Part shown: piece after piece, positions 1 to 13,163 of the stretch
Layout: each line of letters begins with the position of its first letter
Numbering within the stretch: position 1 is the first letter of the stretch
NCBI GenBank assembly: GCA_023213395.1
Contig: CM041465.1
Coordinates: 196,609,741-196,673,740 of the forward strand
Direction: 5' to 3'
Source: Cycas panzhihuaensis
Lineage: Eukaryota; Plantae; Cycadophyta
DNA length: 64,000 bases
Program-made: the position numbers and the translations under genes
The notes under the pieces: model-generated
Told to the model about the DNA's origin: nothing
Seen by the model: only the letters and a program-made list of their open reading frames with translations
Databases searched by the model: none

Positions 1-1000
1 TAACATTCATAATTCCTAATGCTTCTAAATATTGTTATTCTTAATTAGGGAAAGTTCATAAAATATCTAGCATAGAGATTCTAGCTATAATAGTATGTAA
101 TTCATCCATAATAAAGTAGGCTTTACCCTTATCATTATGTAAAAGAATTTGAATAAAATTAAGATGCATTGGGTATATGGGAAATTTAGGAAGGATAGAT
201 TAATTAATATTTTACAATGAAGAACTATCTTCTACTTGTTTTCCTTTATCCTATTTTATTATAGTATGAGGGTTACTCTTATCAATAAAATTAATAATTA
301 TTTTTCTTTTAGTTAAAACTGGCAAACCTTCTTTAGAAGGAACCATTTGCTACTTAATAAGTAAAATGTTATCTTCCTTCAAAGATGAAGGAGGAGGAGA
401 AATAGGTATTATGGGTTGATTGGATGAATCATCATTAAGTTTTTATTATTAAGGTTGTCTCCTTCTATTATTATTATTCTTATGATTAGGAAAGGGAATT
501 TTATAGATGAGTTGATTAAGATTAGACTTGGTTTGGTCTTATTATCATATTTGAAATTTAATTTTTTGTAAAGTCCCATATTTATTATCAAAATAAGACT
601 TTATTCCATGAAGACTTCACTACCCTCTAATATAACTTTTAGGTGGAGGAAAACCTTTTTCAACAATGGTAATATTTTGAGATGATTATTCTTCCTCTTG
701 ATTAGAAATATATTGAGAATTTCCACCCAATTTATGATCCAAATTTTATCAAAATTTTGGAAATGATTTATGCAAAAGTGTATAATAGAGTAATATATAA
801 TTACAATCATACGATTAATCAAGTATATAATTAATATACTAAATGAATAAGGGCACAAGAGCCAATTATGCATACACTATATGTACATCATGTTTAATAT
901 GAAAAGCCCATGAATAGGGAAAACCATCTCCAAATCTTTATAAGATATTATAGTAAGAAGAATAATCAATGAACCACATGGTAAATCACACTATCCTCAT
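1..1000 (-). mobile_element. Degenerate Tat/Ogre-like gypsy gag remnant (C-terminal half of Gag), running off the window edge
   Basis: Minus-strand translation of ~15-130 gives KGKAYFIMDELHTIIARISMLDIL..FPN.....LEALG. This aligns with KGKPLSIIDELHTVATGMSMMDILRSFPEQHALLLEALG of element D (29365-29480). HKSFPKF at ~750-772 parallels KDPFPKH in D. Confidence 0.7.
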
Positions 1001-1126
1001 AAGTGAAGGTTATTTAAGAGTAAAATGCATATAAAAGAAGATGATAAGAGACAAAATATGCCAAGAATATGGGTGGTGTTGATGAATATTATGATCATTA
1101 GACCCCATAGATAAATAGGAAAGACT

Positions 1127-1331
1127 TGATAAATTTAAAGAATAAGAATTCATTGATTAGTCGAGAGATAATCTCTTAATAAATACAAAGAGATTAAGTA
1201 ATTGCTTACCATATGTAAACCACTTGTTAGTATTACATGAAGGAGGGATTACCATATAACCCTTATTAATGATCTTAAAGATACATAGCATAAGGTTACA
1301 TCAATGTCCTAGATAAAACATTATTCTAACA
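1127..1331 (-). repeat. 3' LTR of copia A
   Basis: Ungapped match to 6099-6303; by hand count 31 mismatches in 205 bp, 26 of them transitions. Confidence 0.95.
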
Positions 1332-1339
1332 CCCTCTCT

Positions 1340-4300
1340 TAATGTTTTATCTATCTTAAACCAAGATTATCTCTAAGAAACTAAAATTTATCTTGTTGAG
1401 ATGGTTGGTTAAGGTATTTACAATTTGTTCATTAGTTGTATAATATATCAACTCTATTTCTTTGCTTAAAACCTTTTCTCTTATGAAGTGATGATATACT
1501 TCTATATGCTTGGTTCTAGCATGAAAATTTAGATTCCTTGTCATCTTTATTATATTTTGATTATTACAATAAAGAGTGGTTGGACCATTTTATTTGCATT
1601 TCAAATCTATTAGTAATTGTCTCAACCATATTGCTTCATAAGATGCACTTATTGCTAATTTGTATTTAGACTTTATAGAAGATAAAGCAATAGTTGGTTA
1701 CTTTTTACTAATCTAAGACATTATTTCTGAACCAAAAAAGAATCCATATCTTATAGTTAATTTTATGTCTTCTCTATCTCCCACCAAATCAGAATCATTA
1801 TATCTAATTAGTCATATTATATTTATTTTGGCATAGGTTAATCCTAAAGCAGAAGCAACTTTTAGATACCTAAGTATTCTCTTTGTTACACTCAAATGTG
1901 ATACTTTTTTATTCTATACGTATTTGGAGATCACGCCCATAGAATATGAGATCTTAGGTCTAGTGGTAGTAAGATAAATTACGTTACCAACTAGTTATCT
2001 ATATAAGATTATATTAAATAGTGTTCCTTCTACATCTTGAATTAGAATACATCATATTTTCATTAGTATTGCACAGTTGTTATAATATTTTATTTTGAAT
2101 TTTTTTAATAGATTCCTAGTGTATCTGGTTTGTAATATGAAATTTGAATCCTTCTTCTACTTTACTTTTATACCAAGATAATAATTTAGAAGTCCCAAGT
2201 TAATCATTTCAAATCCTTTTTCTAGTTGAGTTTTTGTAACTATAATAGATTCTGTATCACTTCTTGTAAGAATTATGTCATCTATGTATACAATAATTAT
2301 GGTAATCAAACCTTTGTTGGCTTTTACATATAAAATAGGATCTGGCTCACATCTTTGGAAGCTATTTTGAATGAGGTATTTATGTAATTTAGCATATTAA
2401 GCTCTTGTAGCTTACTTTAGTATATATAAGACCTTTTCTAGTTTGTAAATAAAATGTTCTTAGCTAGTTTGTATGTATTCATCTAGATGTTTCATATACA
2501 CTTCTTCTTTTATATCTCTATTTAGAAAGGCACTTTTTACATCAAGTTGGAATATCTTCCACTTTTATTGTGCTTTTAAAGTGATAATAATTCTCATAGT
2601 ATTTTATTTTGCTACTAGAGAGAAGGTTTTATCATAATCGATTCCTATAGTTTGGGTGTACCCTTTGGCAACTAATCTTGCTTTGTATTTTTCTATTCCT
2701 CCATCAAAATTTTCTTTTACTTTATACACCCATTTGTAATTGATAACTAGCTTACTGATAGGTGGTTCAACTAATTCCTATATTTTCTTTTTAGAAATAG
2801 TTTCCATTTTTTAATTCCTTGCTCCCTTCCATTCATTATGTTAGCTTACGTCCTTATATGTTTAAGGTTTAGTTAATCAAAATAGTTCCTAATGCTTCTA
2901 AGACCTGGTTCTATGATCAAACATATCACCTTTTACCTCTTTAATACTTTTAAGATACCATTTTGGTACCTTTTTAAAAGAATTTATCCTAATTCCCTCT
3001 TCTACTTCTAATAGACTTTATTGGTGAATATGACTTGTTTCTCTGATAAGTGAGAAAATCTTTTTAAAATATTCTTCTTTAGTTTTTATGTCTCTAGATG
3101 TAATCCTAGAAACTTATTTAGATGAGGGAATAGTCATGGGGGCCTTTTTAGAGACATTTCAATTTCATGATGTGTCTTTTGATTTCTTTCAATGTCTTAT
3201 TCATTAAAAATAATATCTCTACTTATATAGGCCTTATTTGTTTTAGGGTCTATCCATTTATATGCCTTAAAATTTTTATTATAACTAATCATTATGTATT
3301 ATATACTTTCATCATTTTCTTATTAGGACTGTGAATAAAAGTTTGACACCCAAAAAATTTGAGATTACTTACATCAAGCTTATATCTTGACCATACTTCT
3401 TCAAGAGTTATTTTATTCAATTCTTGAGTTAGACTCCTACTTATTAAATAGACTATGGCATTCATTGTTTTAGCCTAATATGATTTTAGAACTTGTTTAT
3501 CATGTATCAAGCTTTAAGCCATTTCCATGACGGTTCTGTTCATATATTTTTCCACATAATTTGATTGAGGTATATATGGTGTGGTTACTTGTTGGTGTAT
3601 TCCATGGGTTTTAGAAAAGAATTAAAATTATTTTGATATGTATTCTCTTCCACCATCAGACCAAATGTACTTTACTTTACTGCCACTTTCCAACTCTACT
3701 TCGACCTTAAATTCTTTGAATTTATTAAATATTTTTTATTTGTTGTAAAGAAAATACATCCACACTCTAAAAAAATCATTAATAAAAATATCTAACTCCA
3801 TTAAGTGAGCTTAGAGTAATGGGTCCACAAAGATTTGAATGCACTAGCTCTAATTTATTTTATGCTCACCACACACTTTTTTGAAATGGGAATCTTTGTT
3901 TTTCTAATAAATAATTTTTACAAATAAAAGAATGAAATGATATATCTAAAAGGCCATCAACCATGTTAGAATTTTTTAAATTCTAATATATAAATTGAGA
4001 TATGTCCATGCTTTAAATGCTAGAGTTTGTTATTATTGATACTAAAAATAGAAAAGGACTATACATCAACATTTAGAATGATAGAGATGGGGATAGAAAG
4101 TAATTTATAAAGATCATTACTTTATATGCCTTTTTCTATTACTATCACTCCTTTCTTTATATCTAAAACATGATAGGATCTATTCTCATAAAAAATAATT
4201 CTTAATGTTTTCTTTCCAAGTAGAGAGATGGATAGTAAATTTTTCTTTAAACCTAAAATGAAGATAATATTATTAATTTCTAATATTTTTCCTTTTATTT

Positions 4301-5421
4301 CAATTACTATCACCCCAATACTTTTAATATGAAGAGGGTATGTATTACCTAATTCCACTAATTTATTAAGAGAATATAGTTTTAAGGATTAAAACTATTC
4401 TCTCTATCCTATCATGTTGTTGGAGGCTCTAGATTCAATATACAAGACATCTTCATCTCTAATGCTTACAGCGAGTTTAACTATAAAGGCAGTCTCTTCT
4501 TCTTCTTCTTTGAAACTACTCTATTCTTTGTTGTAATTTCCATAGGGTTACTTCCATCTTTGGATCTCTACACACCTTTGAGTACATTAATAAGGATAAT
4601 ATCCTTCCTAACCATAATGTTAGTAAACATCAAACTCTTGATAGTTACGGGAAAAATATCTAGGTCTTCTACAATTAAAGCTGACCCTAGAATATCTTAG
4701 AGGAATTGATCTCCCTTCCCCTCTCCTTTCTTACAATCTTCCTCTCATCTAATATTTGGTGTTAGGGGTTCAACTACAACCTCTAAAGGAATACTGTCCT
4801 CATCCTTTATTTCCTAAATTAAGTCTAGATAATAAATCTTCTTTAATTTTAGATTCTTCCTTGTAGCTTTTGTTTCTTTATTCTTGTCTCAATAGAAGAT
4901 CAGTCAAAGTCTTAAGAGTCTTTGTTACTATTTAATTATTATTGGTTATTATATTCACCATATTATAAAATGACTTTAGAATTTTATTAATAATTATTTG
5001 TACAAGTTCCAAGTCTAAAATATTTTCTCCAACACTAACTAAGTCATTTTTTATGGATATAACCTTATGAATAAATTTAGAAACACGTTCGCTTTCTTTC
5101 ATATGAAATACTACTATTTTGGATTCTTTTTTTTTATTGTAGAGATTTGTATATACCTTCCAGATTTCTTTAGAGGAGTTTATTCCTTTAATGTATAATA
5201 GCAAAGAATTAGAAATTGATAATTTTAGTATTATTACACCAAAATTATTCCTTTCATCCCAACCAACTTAATTAACAATATTAGTTAGCCTTTTCTTTTT
5301 CCTAATAGCAATGTCTCAAGTATTTTTTGCCCTTAAAATACTCATTTTTTATCTTCTATACATGATAATTTAATGCAGTGAGCTTGTCTTATTCACTTAA
5401 AGCTAGAATAGAAGAGGCCAT
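1340..5421 (-). pseudogene. Copia A gag-pol, disrupted by stops and frameshifts
   Basis: RNase H motif NFHARTKHIEVYHHFIREKV (1356-1544); RT motif KYKARLVAKGYTQ (~2655-2695); integrase ~3200-3870; protease/GAG-pre-integrase GLKKNLLSIS (4122-4358); Gag 4932-5204; ATG at 5421. Confidence 0.9.
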
Positions 5422-6086
5422 CTTTAAAACTAAGAATAAATATCAACAACAAATGCAATAATACCTGAGACAAAATGACCATATAACTATACAAAAATGT
5501 AGGTGTATGGAATGGGATAAAACTAGGTGAAAATAAAACCTATTAAGCCATAGATTTTGAATATGTAAAAATTTATAAGAGATCTTAATTAATTTTCTTA
5601 GAATCTGCCTCGAAAATAAAATCATGTGGCTAGGGTTTTCTAAGAAATTTACTTATAACTCATTAAATCTATTGTTAAATTATTTGAAATTATATGAAAA
5701 ATACTTATTATAACCAAAGGAAAATTTTTAGATAGAAGATACCTAGATTTATTGAGAGATTTATGTGAAATCTCTAGATTCTCCTCCAAACATGTGTGGG
5801 ACTAAGAAATAAGTAAAACACCTTAAAAATAGATGAATCTTAAAATGCACCTTTCGAGAAAAGTGATATACTCCTCCAAATTATTCTATTGGCTAAATTT
5901 CAATAAATTCTAAGTAGGTTAAGATTTATAGGTCTATATAGGTTTGTAATCAACCTGTACATGTTTATACACTTCTATAATGTGATAAAACACCTTATTC
6001 TTCAATGCCTCCTTCAAAATATAGTGAATGATAGTGATCGCTAGATTTATTCTAGTCTTTTTCTTAGAAACCCTATTAGGACTCCT

Positions 6087-6098
6087 GCTCTAATACCA
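6087..6098 (-). promoter_or_regulatory. Primer-binding site (tRNA-iMet) of copia A
   Basis: TGGTATTAGAGC on the minus strand, directly next to the 5' LTR; canonical is TGGTATCAGAGC with one C>T. Confidence 0.9.
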
Positions 6099-6303
6099 TG
6101 ATAAATTTGGATAATGAGAATTCATTGATTAGTCAAAAGATAGTCTCTCGATAAATACAAAGAGATTAAGTAATCACTTACCACATGTAAGCCACTTGTT
6201 AGTTTTATATGAAGGATGGGTTGCCTTATAATCCTCATTAATGACCCTAGAGATGCACAACATAAGGTTACATGAATATCCTAGATAAGATATTATTCTA
6301 ACA
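6099..6303 (-). repeat. 5' LTR of copia A
   Basis: Partner of 1127-1331, flanked by the PBS and TSD AGACT. Confidence 0.95.
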
Positions 6304-7339
6304 AGACTTTGGGTATATGCCTCAAAGTCCATTATTGCTTGGTATTGAATAATGCCATAAAATATGCCATTATAATCTAACATATTAATATTTAGATAAT
6401 GGTCCTAATATAAGTATTATCCCAATATTTCTTTCCTATAATGTCCATTTTGAGAAACTTTAAACTTATCTTTGAAATAACTAAATTTTATTTTATTGAG
6501 TGCCTTTGTGAGGATGTTTGCCACCTAATCTTCTATGCTACAATAGACCAACTCTAACTCACCCTACTGTACTAACTCTTTGATGAAGTGATATTGTGTT
6601 TCAATGTGCCTATTCATGCCATAAAATACTAGATTTTTTATCATTTAAATTGTACTTTGATTATTATAAAATAATTGTGTAGGTCCAATTTGTTCCTCTT
6701 ATAAATCTTAAAGTAATTTCCTAAGTTAAACTATCTCATAAGCTCCTATTACAGCTAACTTGTACTCTAATTTTATTGTAAAAAGGGATATTGTTGCCTA
6801 TTTCTTTGAAATACATGCTACCGTTGTTGAACCCAAACTAAATGCATAACTTGAAGTAGAATTCTTGTCACCTACAAAACCAATATACTTTGAGTCTATA
6901 TAGCTAGTCAACTTGTAATCCTCCAATAACCTATAATGTAGTCCATACATAATAGTACCTCTGAAATACTTAAAATATTTTTTAGCTACTTTCCAATGCT
7001 TTACCTTAGGCTTATGTATAAACCTAGAAACTACACTGACTATATACATAATGTTTAGTTGAGTTGAAGTTAAGTACATAATTCTCCCAATCTTATACCC
7101 ATATCTAACCTTTAGTTTTCTCTTACACATCCTTATGAGTAGGATTCACATTTAGTTACTTCTACATTTGGCTATACTCACATCCTATTATAAGAGCTTG
7201 TTGGATAGGTGCTCCTACCTATGCATTTCACTTAAGTACAAATACTAATGACTATGCTTAAGTCTATCAGAATTATTCTACATTCATCCCACAATAACCC
7301 TCCTCTCATATATTAACTATAAGAGGAACCCCTTCCCTA

Positions 7340-8460
7340 AGAGGTTCTTATTTGTAGTCTTATCCCTTTCATTCCTAAATTACCTAAGTTTAGTAGGGAA
7401 CCTAAGTAGGATCCTTTAAGTCATGGCAAAGCTTATATTTTGACTTATGCTTATTACATGCCCAATGATCATTTGTTGATGAATCTTTTCCTAAGGGCAT
7501 TATAAGGAAATGCACTTAAGTGGTTTTACTAGTTACCCTAAGCTTTAGTCTTCTTGTTCCATCAATTGACATATATATTTGTAAGTGAATTTGATGTCAT
7601 CTATCCTTTTGGGATGGAAGGGAAATCCCTTTATGTGCTCAAGTAGGAAGATAATGAATCCAAAATGGAATCTCATAAGTGTATCATGGATCTTGATGAT
7701 GTGTGTCAGGCTCTTATTTTTGAAGAGTTACTCTTATAAATCTATAAGTTTTCCTTACAATGAACTCATGACTGTACAACTTTATATCCATTAACAACTC
7801 ACTAGGTAGAGCCAACACAAAGTGATAATTCCAAGTACAATGCAATACATAATGGGATTAAGTCTTATAATTAAGTCATTACCTTAAAATTTAAACCTAG
7901 GAGGTCAAGTTAAGGTAGAACATCTCTATTTTATCCCTAAATGCTTAACATCTTGGATACTTGATCTTAGTTTCATCTCAAGAATATAAAAGCATTTTGT
8001 AGTAGACAGGGTTAATTATCTAATCAATTCATATCACTAGCCACCTTACATCACAGTAGAGTGCAGAGATGTCGATTGTGACTAGCCTCATAAGTAGCTT
8101 TCTTGTTAGCCCTACTGTGCATTCTTGAAAACCTATCTTGGAATCACCCCCAACATATACTCTTATAATAGGGATGCAGGCTCTTATTCTTCTCAGTTAT
8201 CTATATTCTATTCTTGATTTAGAGCTACTTATGGAGACTTATAGCAATGTCTTAAGATAGATTGATAAGTTTCCTCTCAAGCATGATTATGATACTTACC
8301 TTGATGAGGTTCTAGACCTTCTCATCAAATTCTCTACTAGTTATGACTTGCAGTCACCTCAAGGGTCTTACTTTATTATCTTTAGCTAGTTAGATTAAGA
8401 GAATTGCCCTTTGAAAGATAAAAACCAAAACTATTAAAGGAAGAGATCCAACCTAAATAT
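7340..8460 (+). pseudogene. Retrotransposon Gag remnant (Retrotrans_gag type) of G
   Basis: IPKLPKFSREPK.DPLSH...NDHLLMNLFLRAL.GNALKWFY.LP matches the Gag of D (NIPKFDGTLSQDPTERV...NHILIKYFLHSL) and of F (59990-60200). Confidence 0.75.
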
Positions 8461-8898
8461 GATGAGATCAACTTGACTCATCCTACTTTTGATCAATCTA
8501 CTTAAGATGCTTCTTCTTTAGGGGTTATCCCTAATTCATAGGGTCTATCCCTCAAGTAAGTTAAACTTAATAGTTCTATTGACTTAGTTGTATTTGTACT
8601 TGCTTCATAGTAGGAACTAGGGATAATTCCATAAGTAGTTGCCTTACTGTCTACCACATGCCCACTAAGGCAAGTTAGGGTTATGAAATCTTACTCAAAC
8701 CTCCACATCCCTCATTCAAACATTGAATCTTTTCCCTACTTACTCTTTCCAGGTCTTCCATGGAGTCCTTTCAATAGTGATATAGAGAGTTTCTCTTTGA
8801 ACACTTCTAAGTCTAATATTAATTCCTTAATTTGTGGTCCTAGACATCTACCTTGATTGTATTATAAAGAGGCCTTTTTGGAGGAAGATCCTATTAAG

Positions 8899-9216
8899 TG
8901 TTAAAATACACCAAATAGATAGACAAGGCATGGGATTGTTTATATACACAATATAGAATAAGAACATGAGACAATAGATTTAACATGGGAACCCTTTCAG
9001 GAAAACCCATCATAGAAATATATTATCACATTTTAACAAATCTGCATATAATATTATAATGGACTTTGATCTTTATTTATGGATCATAAGTGCCTCACAT
9101 ATTTACAATGTATTACATCTGTCGACCCAATATACATCATAATATTACATCAAGAATATTCACATAATATCTCCACTTTTATACTAGTAAATAAGTGGTA
9201 TAATATCACTCTAATA
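8899..9216 (-). repeat. 3' LTR of copia C
   Basis: Roughly 80-85% identical by eye to 12837-13163. Confidence 0.9.
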
Positions 9217-10954
9217 TCCCCTCTTAATGTAAGTGTGGGATCTTGAAGTCTTCTCAAGGATTGGTCTATCTCTTCATCCTTGTTAATAGATTCTCCCTCA
9301 AGGATAACCTCACTAAATCCCAAATTTGCATGAACCTTGATAAAATGATCTTTAGTAAGAGCTTTGTGAACACATCCTTGAGTTGATCTTCACTTAGATA
9401 AAACTCAACCTGTATTTTTCCTGACCTAATCTACTTTTAGATGTAATGGTGTTATGTCTTATATATGCATGATTCTTTGGAAATGACTCTAACAATCCCT
9501 AAAACCATATAGTTTCTCTCACACCAATACTAAGTCTATGGTACTTAACCCTTTCCTTGACTAAACTAAGAGGTTGACCCACTTGAACCATGTAAATCTT
9601 CTCTTCAAGTATTTATTAAGGAATGCTAACATCTTGTTCATTTGATATGACTCTCAACTATATGTAGCTACTAAAGTAAGGATCAATTAGACCATAAATA
9701 ACATAGAGATTGGTGAAAATATCTCCTCATAACCAATTACTTCTTTCTATTTGAAATCTTGTGCAACAAGTCTTACTAACTTACAATTGACTAAGTTCCT
9801 AGAGGGAGTTAAGAGAACAAAATTCCACATGTATTACTCTTAGTCTATTATATCTCTCTATTGCAAATATCCTCTTGTTGAAATCATTGGTATCTATCAC
9901 AAGTTTAACTAACATATTAATCCTTGTTCTTCAATCATCCTCTAGGTCTTCAACTATCATACTAGAGTCCTCAATGGTCCTCTTAGTTTGTAATGGAACA
10001 TAAGGTTGTAGTCCATACCTCTTCTTATAACTACTCTTCATCATCACTACTATTAGGTCCTACTTCTATTTCAAACATAATGTTAGGCACACAAACCTTT
10101 ACACCTATTAAATCAAGCTCATAAAGGGAAGGAATAAAGGATAAAACCTATATTCATATGGAATCTCAATATGATATGTCATTAACTCTTTAATTTAACA
10201 TCTAGACTAATCACAGTGCTAGTCCCTCTTCAAATCATATAGTTTGGAAGTTTTATTTTAATCACAAATCCTATATACTCTAATTTCTTGTGATGTTGTT
10301 GCTATGATCTTTAGCTATGATGTGCAATCAGTGTATCAAACAATCAATGGTAGATTTCTAATTGGTCCAACATAATTCAAGGGGGTTATGCCACGAACAA
10401 CCTTAGAAAGGGATTTCATAAAATAACTATCACAATAGCTTCTACTAAAAAATATAGGAGGTAAATCTTTACCATGCACCAAACACCTCTACATTTACAT
10501 TATGGTACCATTCTTCATATGTAATATAATCTTATTAGGGTACACATCACAACCAACTCCTATTTTGTACCATGATCAAGGCGAAACTAATTTAAAGGCA
10601 ATATCATAATACACCTTTCTATTCATACTTTAATTTTATCATAAGCATATTATCATATCTATATCAAACTTATTCACATATGCACAACCATTAAACTAGA
10701 ATCCAACATGCAATATATCCCATGTTACTATTTGTTCACCCACCCAAAGTATAATGGTCGACCAAAAATTGATAACCATTTATACAAATAGGCCAATAAA
10801 CAATAATTCTAAACCACTTCACCTTATATATCTAAAGTAAAAATCACTAATATAATTAAATTATACACCAATTTATAATAAATAATCCACACCTTTAATA
10901 ATATATGCAATGATAGAAAACACACTATTTGCATGCCCTATAGCTTAGTATCTC

Positions 10955-11140
10955 CATAAAACTTGCCCTTTCTATCAATTAATGAATATACACCAATGTT
11001 TATAACTCACCCATTAATCACACCCTCTTATCAATTAGTGATAATCCACTATCATTGATAACTCATCCATTAATAAGACCCTCTTATTAATTAGTGAAAA
11101 ATCACTACCATTGAAAATTCATGACTAATAAACTCTCTCA
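10955..11140. repeat. About 56-bp tandem repeat (2 good copies, 1-2 decayed) inside copia C
   Basis: ATAACTCACCCATTAATCACACCCTCTTATCAATTAGTGATAATCCACTATCATTG is followed by ATAACTCATCCATTAATAAGACCCTCTTATTAATTAGTGAAAAATCACTACCATTG. Confidence 0.85.
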
Positions 11141-12836
11141 TGTAAACACATGTAAAATAGTTTTACATCGCTAAATAGTCACCAATAAAGAGTGCCTGAT
11201 ACACTTACTTCACCATTGTATTTACACCTTATGCATGCCTCATATTGCCAATGAATCACCAAGACACATCACATAGTCATCATAAACTCAAAGCATGCCT
11301 ACTTTGTACAAAGCACTATATCACATGACAATATCAAGAAGGACTAAATTGTGATTAAAAGTAATTGATACTAAATGATCACTTAATATATTAATGGTAA
11401 TCAATATATCAAAGATCACAATATATCAATATTTTCCAATCTTAATTTACAAATCCTATTCAATGATCAAATATTATTAATACAACTTTCAAACAAAGGG
11501 TAATATGCTTCTTCAAATGACCTCATCAAAAAATGTTCAATATAAATTACTTTTAAAAAGATTATTGAAATATTAAATGTTGAAGGCCATTTGATGCAAT
11601 ATATAATAATAATACATAAAGGAAACTCTAAAATATCTCAAATGGTGATTAATATATAATATTTTAAATGGAAAACTTTATTAAAATATATCAGTGCAAT
11701 TTTGCAAATATATGAAAGGTATTTTAATATTCATCAAAGGGCAATTTAAATAACGATGATTAATACATTCAACTTTATATATCATTTGGTGATTCAAATA
11801 AATAGCATTTGGGTGTTAAATATTTCAATGATGGTGAAATATATTTATCAATGCTACTTCAACAGTGATTAAAATATCAAATAGGACTTCACAAAAAATC
11901 TATGGCAATGAAATATTAAAAGTGGACAATGAATATATATAGTAGGCATATCAAATATTAACCAGGCAAATAAATTTATGAAGGTACCTTTATATATGTG
12001 CATGTGTAGCCTATATATTATTCTTATGACTCACATAAATTCCACAATAAACATTCCTTCCTATGATCTCTATGAATCTCTTGCAACAATATTTGCGACT
12101 TTGAAGATCTATCTCTCAATGTGTGGGCTCATCTAGTGATCATGGCATTTCTCAGTAATTGTTTGGGTCTCTACTAATTGAGGTATATTTCTCTAATGGT
12201 TGCTATGTTCTACATTTAACATGGATGGGTGAACTTGACTCCATTGTGTCTATGCCTATGACTTCAATGATAATGCAATCTACATTTACAATGCCCAATA
12301 AATCATCCTTAATCACCTTTGAAATCCATAATTTGGTTGTAGACAAACTAGTGAGTGTCTCATATCCTTTGAACCATTCCCACAACTACATATTATGTCT
12401 CTCATAATCTTAGACTAATAGAGGCATCTCTATATTCTATGTAAGTCTTTTTCTATAGAACTCAGTGGAACCTCAAATAAGTAGATATGGCACCTTCATA
12501 AGATCCAAAACAAATATCAATGGCTAGAAACTAAGTAAGCAGGGGCTACATATTCGAAAATAGGGGGTACTAGTCTTTGCTTCATACCCAAACACATACA
12601 TAGAATAAAATAACACCTTCTACTCCTCTACACACCTCCTAAGACAAATGAATCCCTATAAAACAAATAACATAAGGCTTTAGGATTTATATGTGATCAT
12701 TGCACCATTGTAGATATTCTTTCAATTGTCAAATAAGATAATCCTTAAAGGGTGAGCCAACATTACTTGGCAACCAATGATCAAACACTATGCCTAACAT
12801 TCAATTAGTTGTATATGATCATCTACTCTAATACCA

Positions 12837-13163
12837 TGTTAGAAAATACCAAATAGATAAATAAGGCATAGAATCATTTACGTATATAATAGTCTCAAAC
12901 ATAATAAGCACATGGAATAATAGATTTGATGTGGGAACCCTTTCGAGAAAAACTCACCACAAAAATATATTATTACAGTTTGACAAATCTACGTGTAATA
13001 TTATAATAGATTTTATTATTTATTTATAGATCATAAGTGCTTCATATATTTACAATGTATTACATTTGTTAGCCCAATATACATCATAATATTACATCAA
13101 GAATATTCGCACAATATCTCCACATTTAGATTAGTCAGTAAGTGATAATATATCACTATAACA
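12837..13163 (-). repeat. 5' LTR of copia C
   Basis: TGTTAG...TAACA, next to the iMet-type PBS. Confidence 0.9.

Larger units (their letters stand above)
1127..6303 (-). mobile_element. Copia element A, full length, inserted into the 3' LTR of B
   Basis: Two 205-bp LTRs (1127-1331 and 6099-6303, TG...CA). Perfect TSD AGACT at 1122-1126 and 6304-6308. PBS at 6087-6098, PPT at 1332-1343. Domain order gag-PR-INT-RT-RH. Confidence 0.96.
1004..7090 (-). mobile_element. Copia element B: 3' LTR (~1004-1126 plus 6309-6427, split by A), PPT, RNase H and RT C-terminus; truncated at ~7090
   Basis: Joining 1070-1126 to 6309-6427 gives sequence similar to the LTR of J (GGTGTTGATGAATA..TTAGACCCCAT..CTCAAAGTCCA..GTATTAT..AATA). 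It is followed by the same PPT-side sequence as J (TTTCT(T/C)TCC(T/C)ATAATG). ORF 6798-7130 carries the copia motifs MYLTSTQLNIMYIVSVVSRF and DKNSTSSYAFSLG. The left LTR boundary is approximate. Confidence 0.75.
8899..13163 (-). mobile_element. Copia element C, internally deleted and probably non-autonomous, inserted in G
   Basis: LTR pair 8899-9216 and 12837-13163. PBS ACTCTAATACCA at 12825-12836; PPT TCCCCTCTT at 9217-9225. Imperfect TSD TTAAG/TTAGA. RNase H end at 9300-9480, RT N-terminus at 9560-9840, very degenerate integrase at 10200-10700. Confidence 0.88.
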
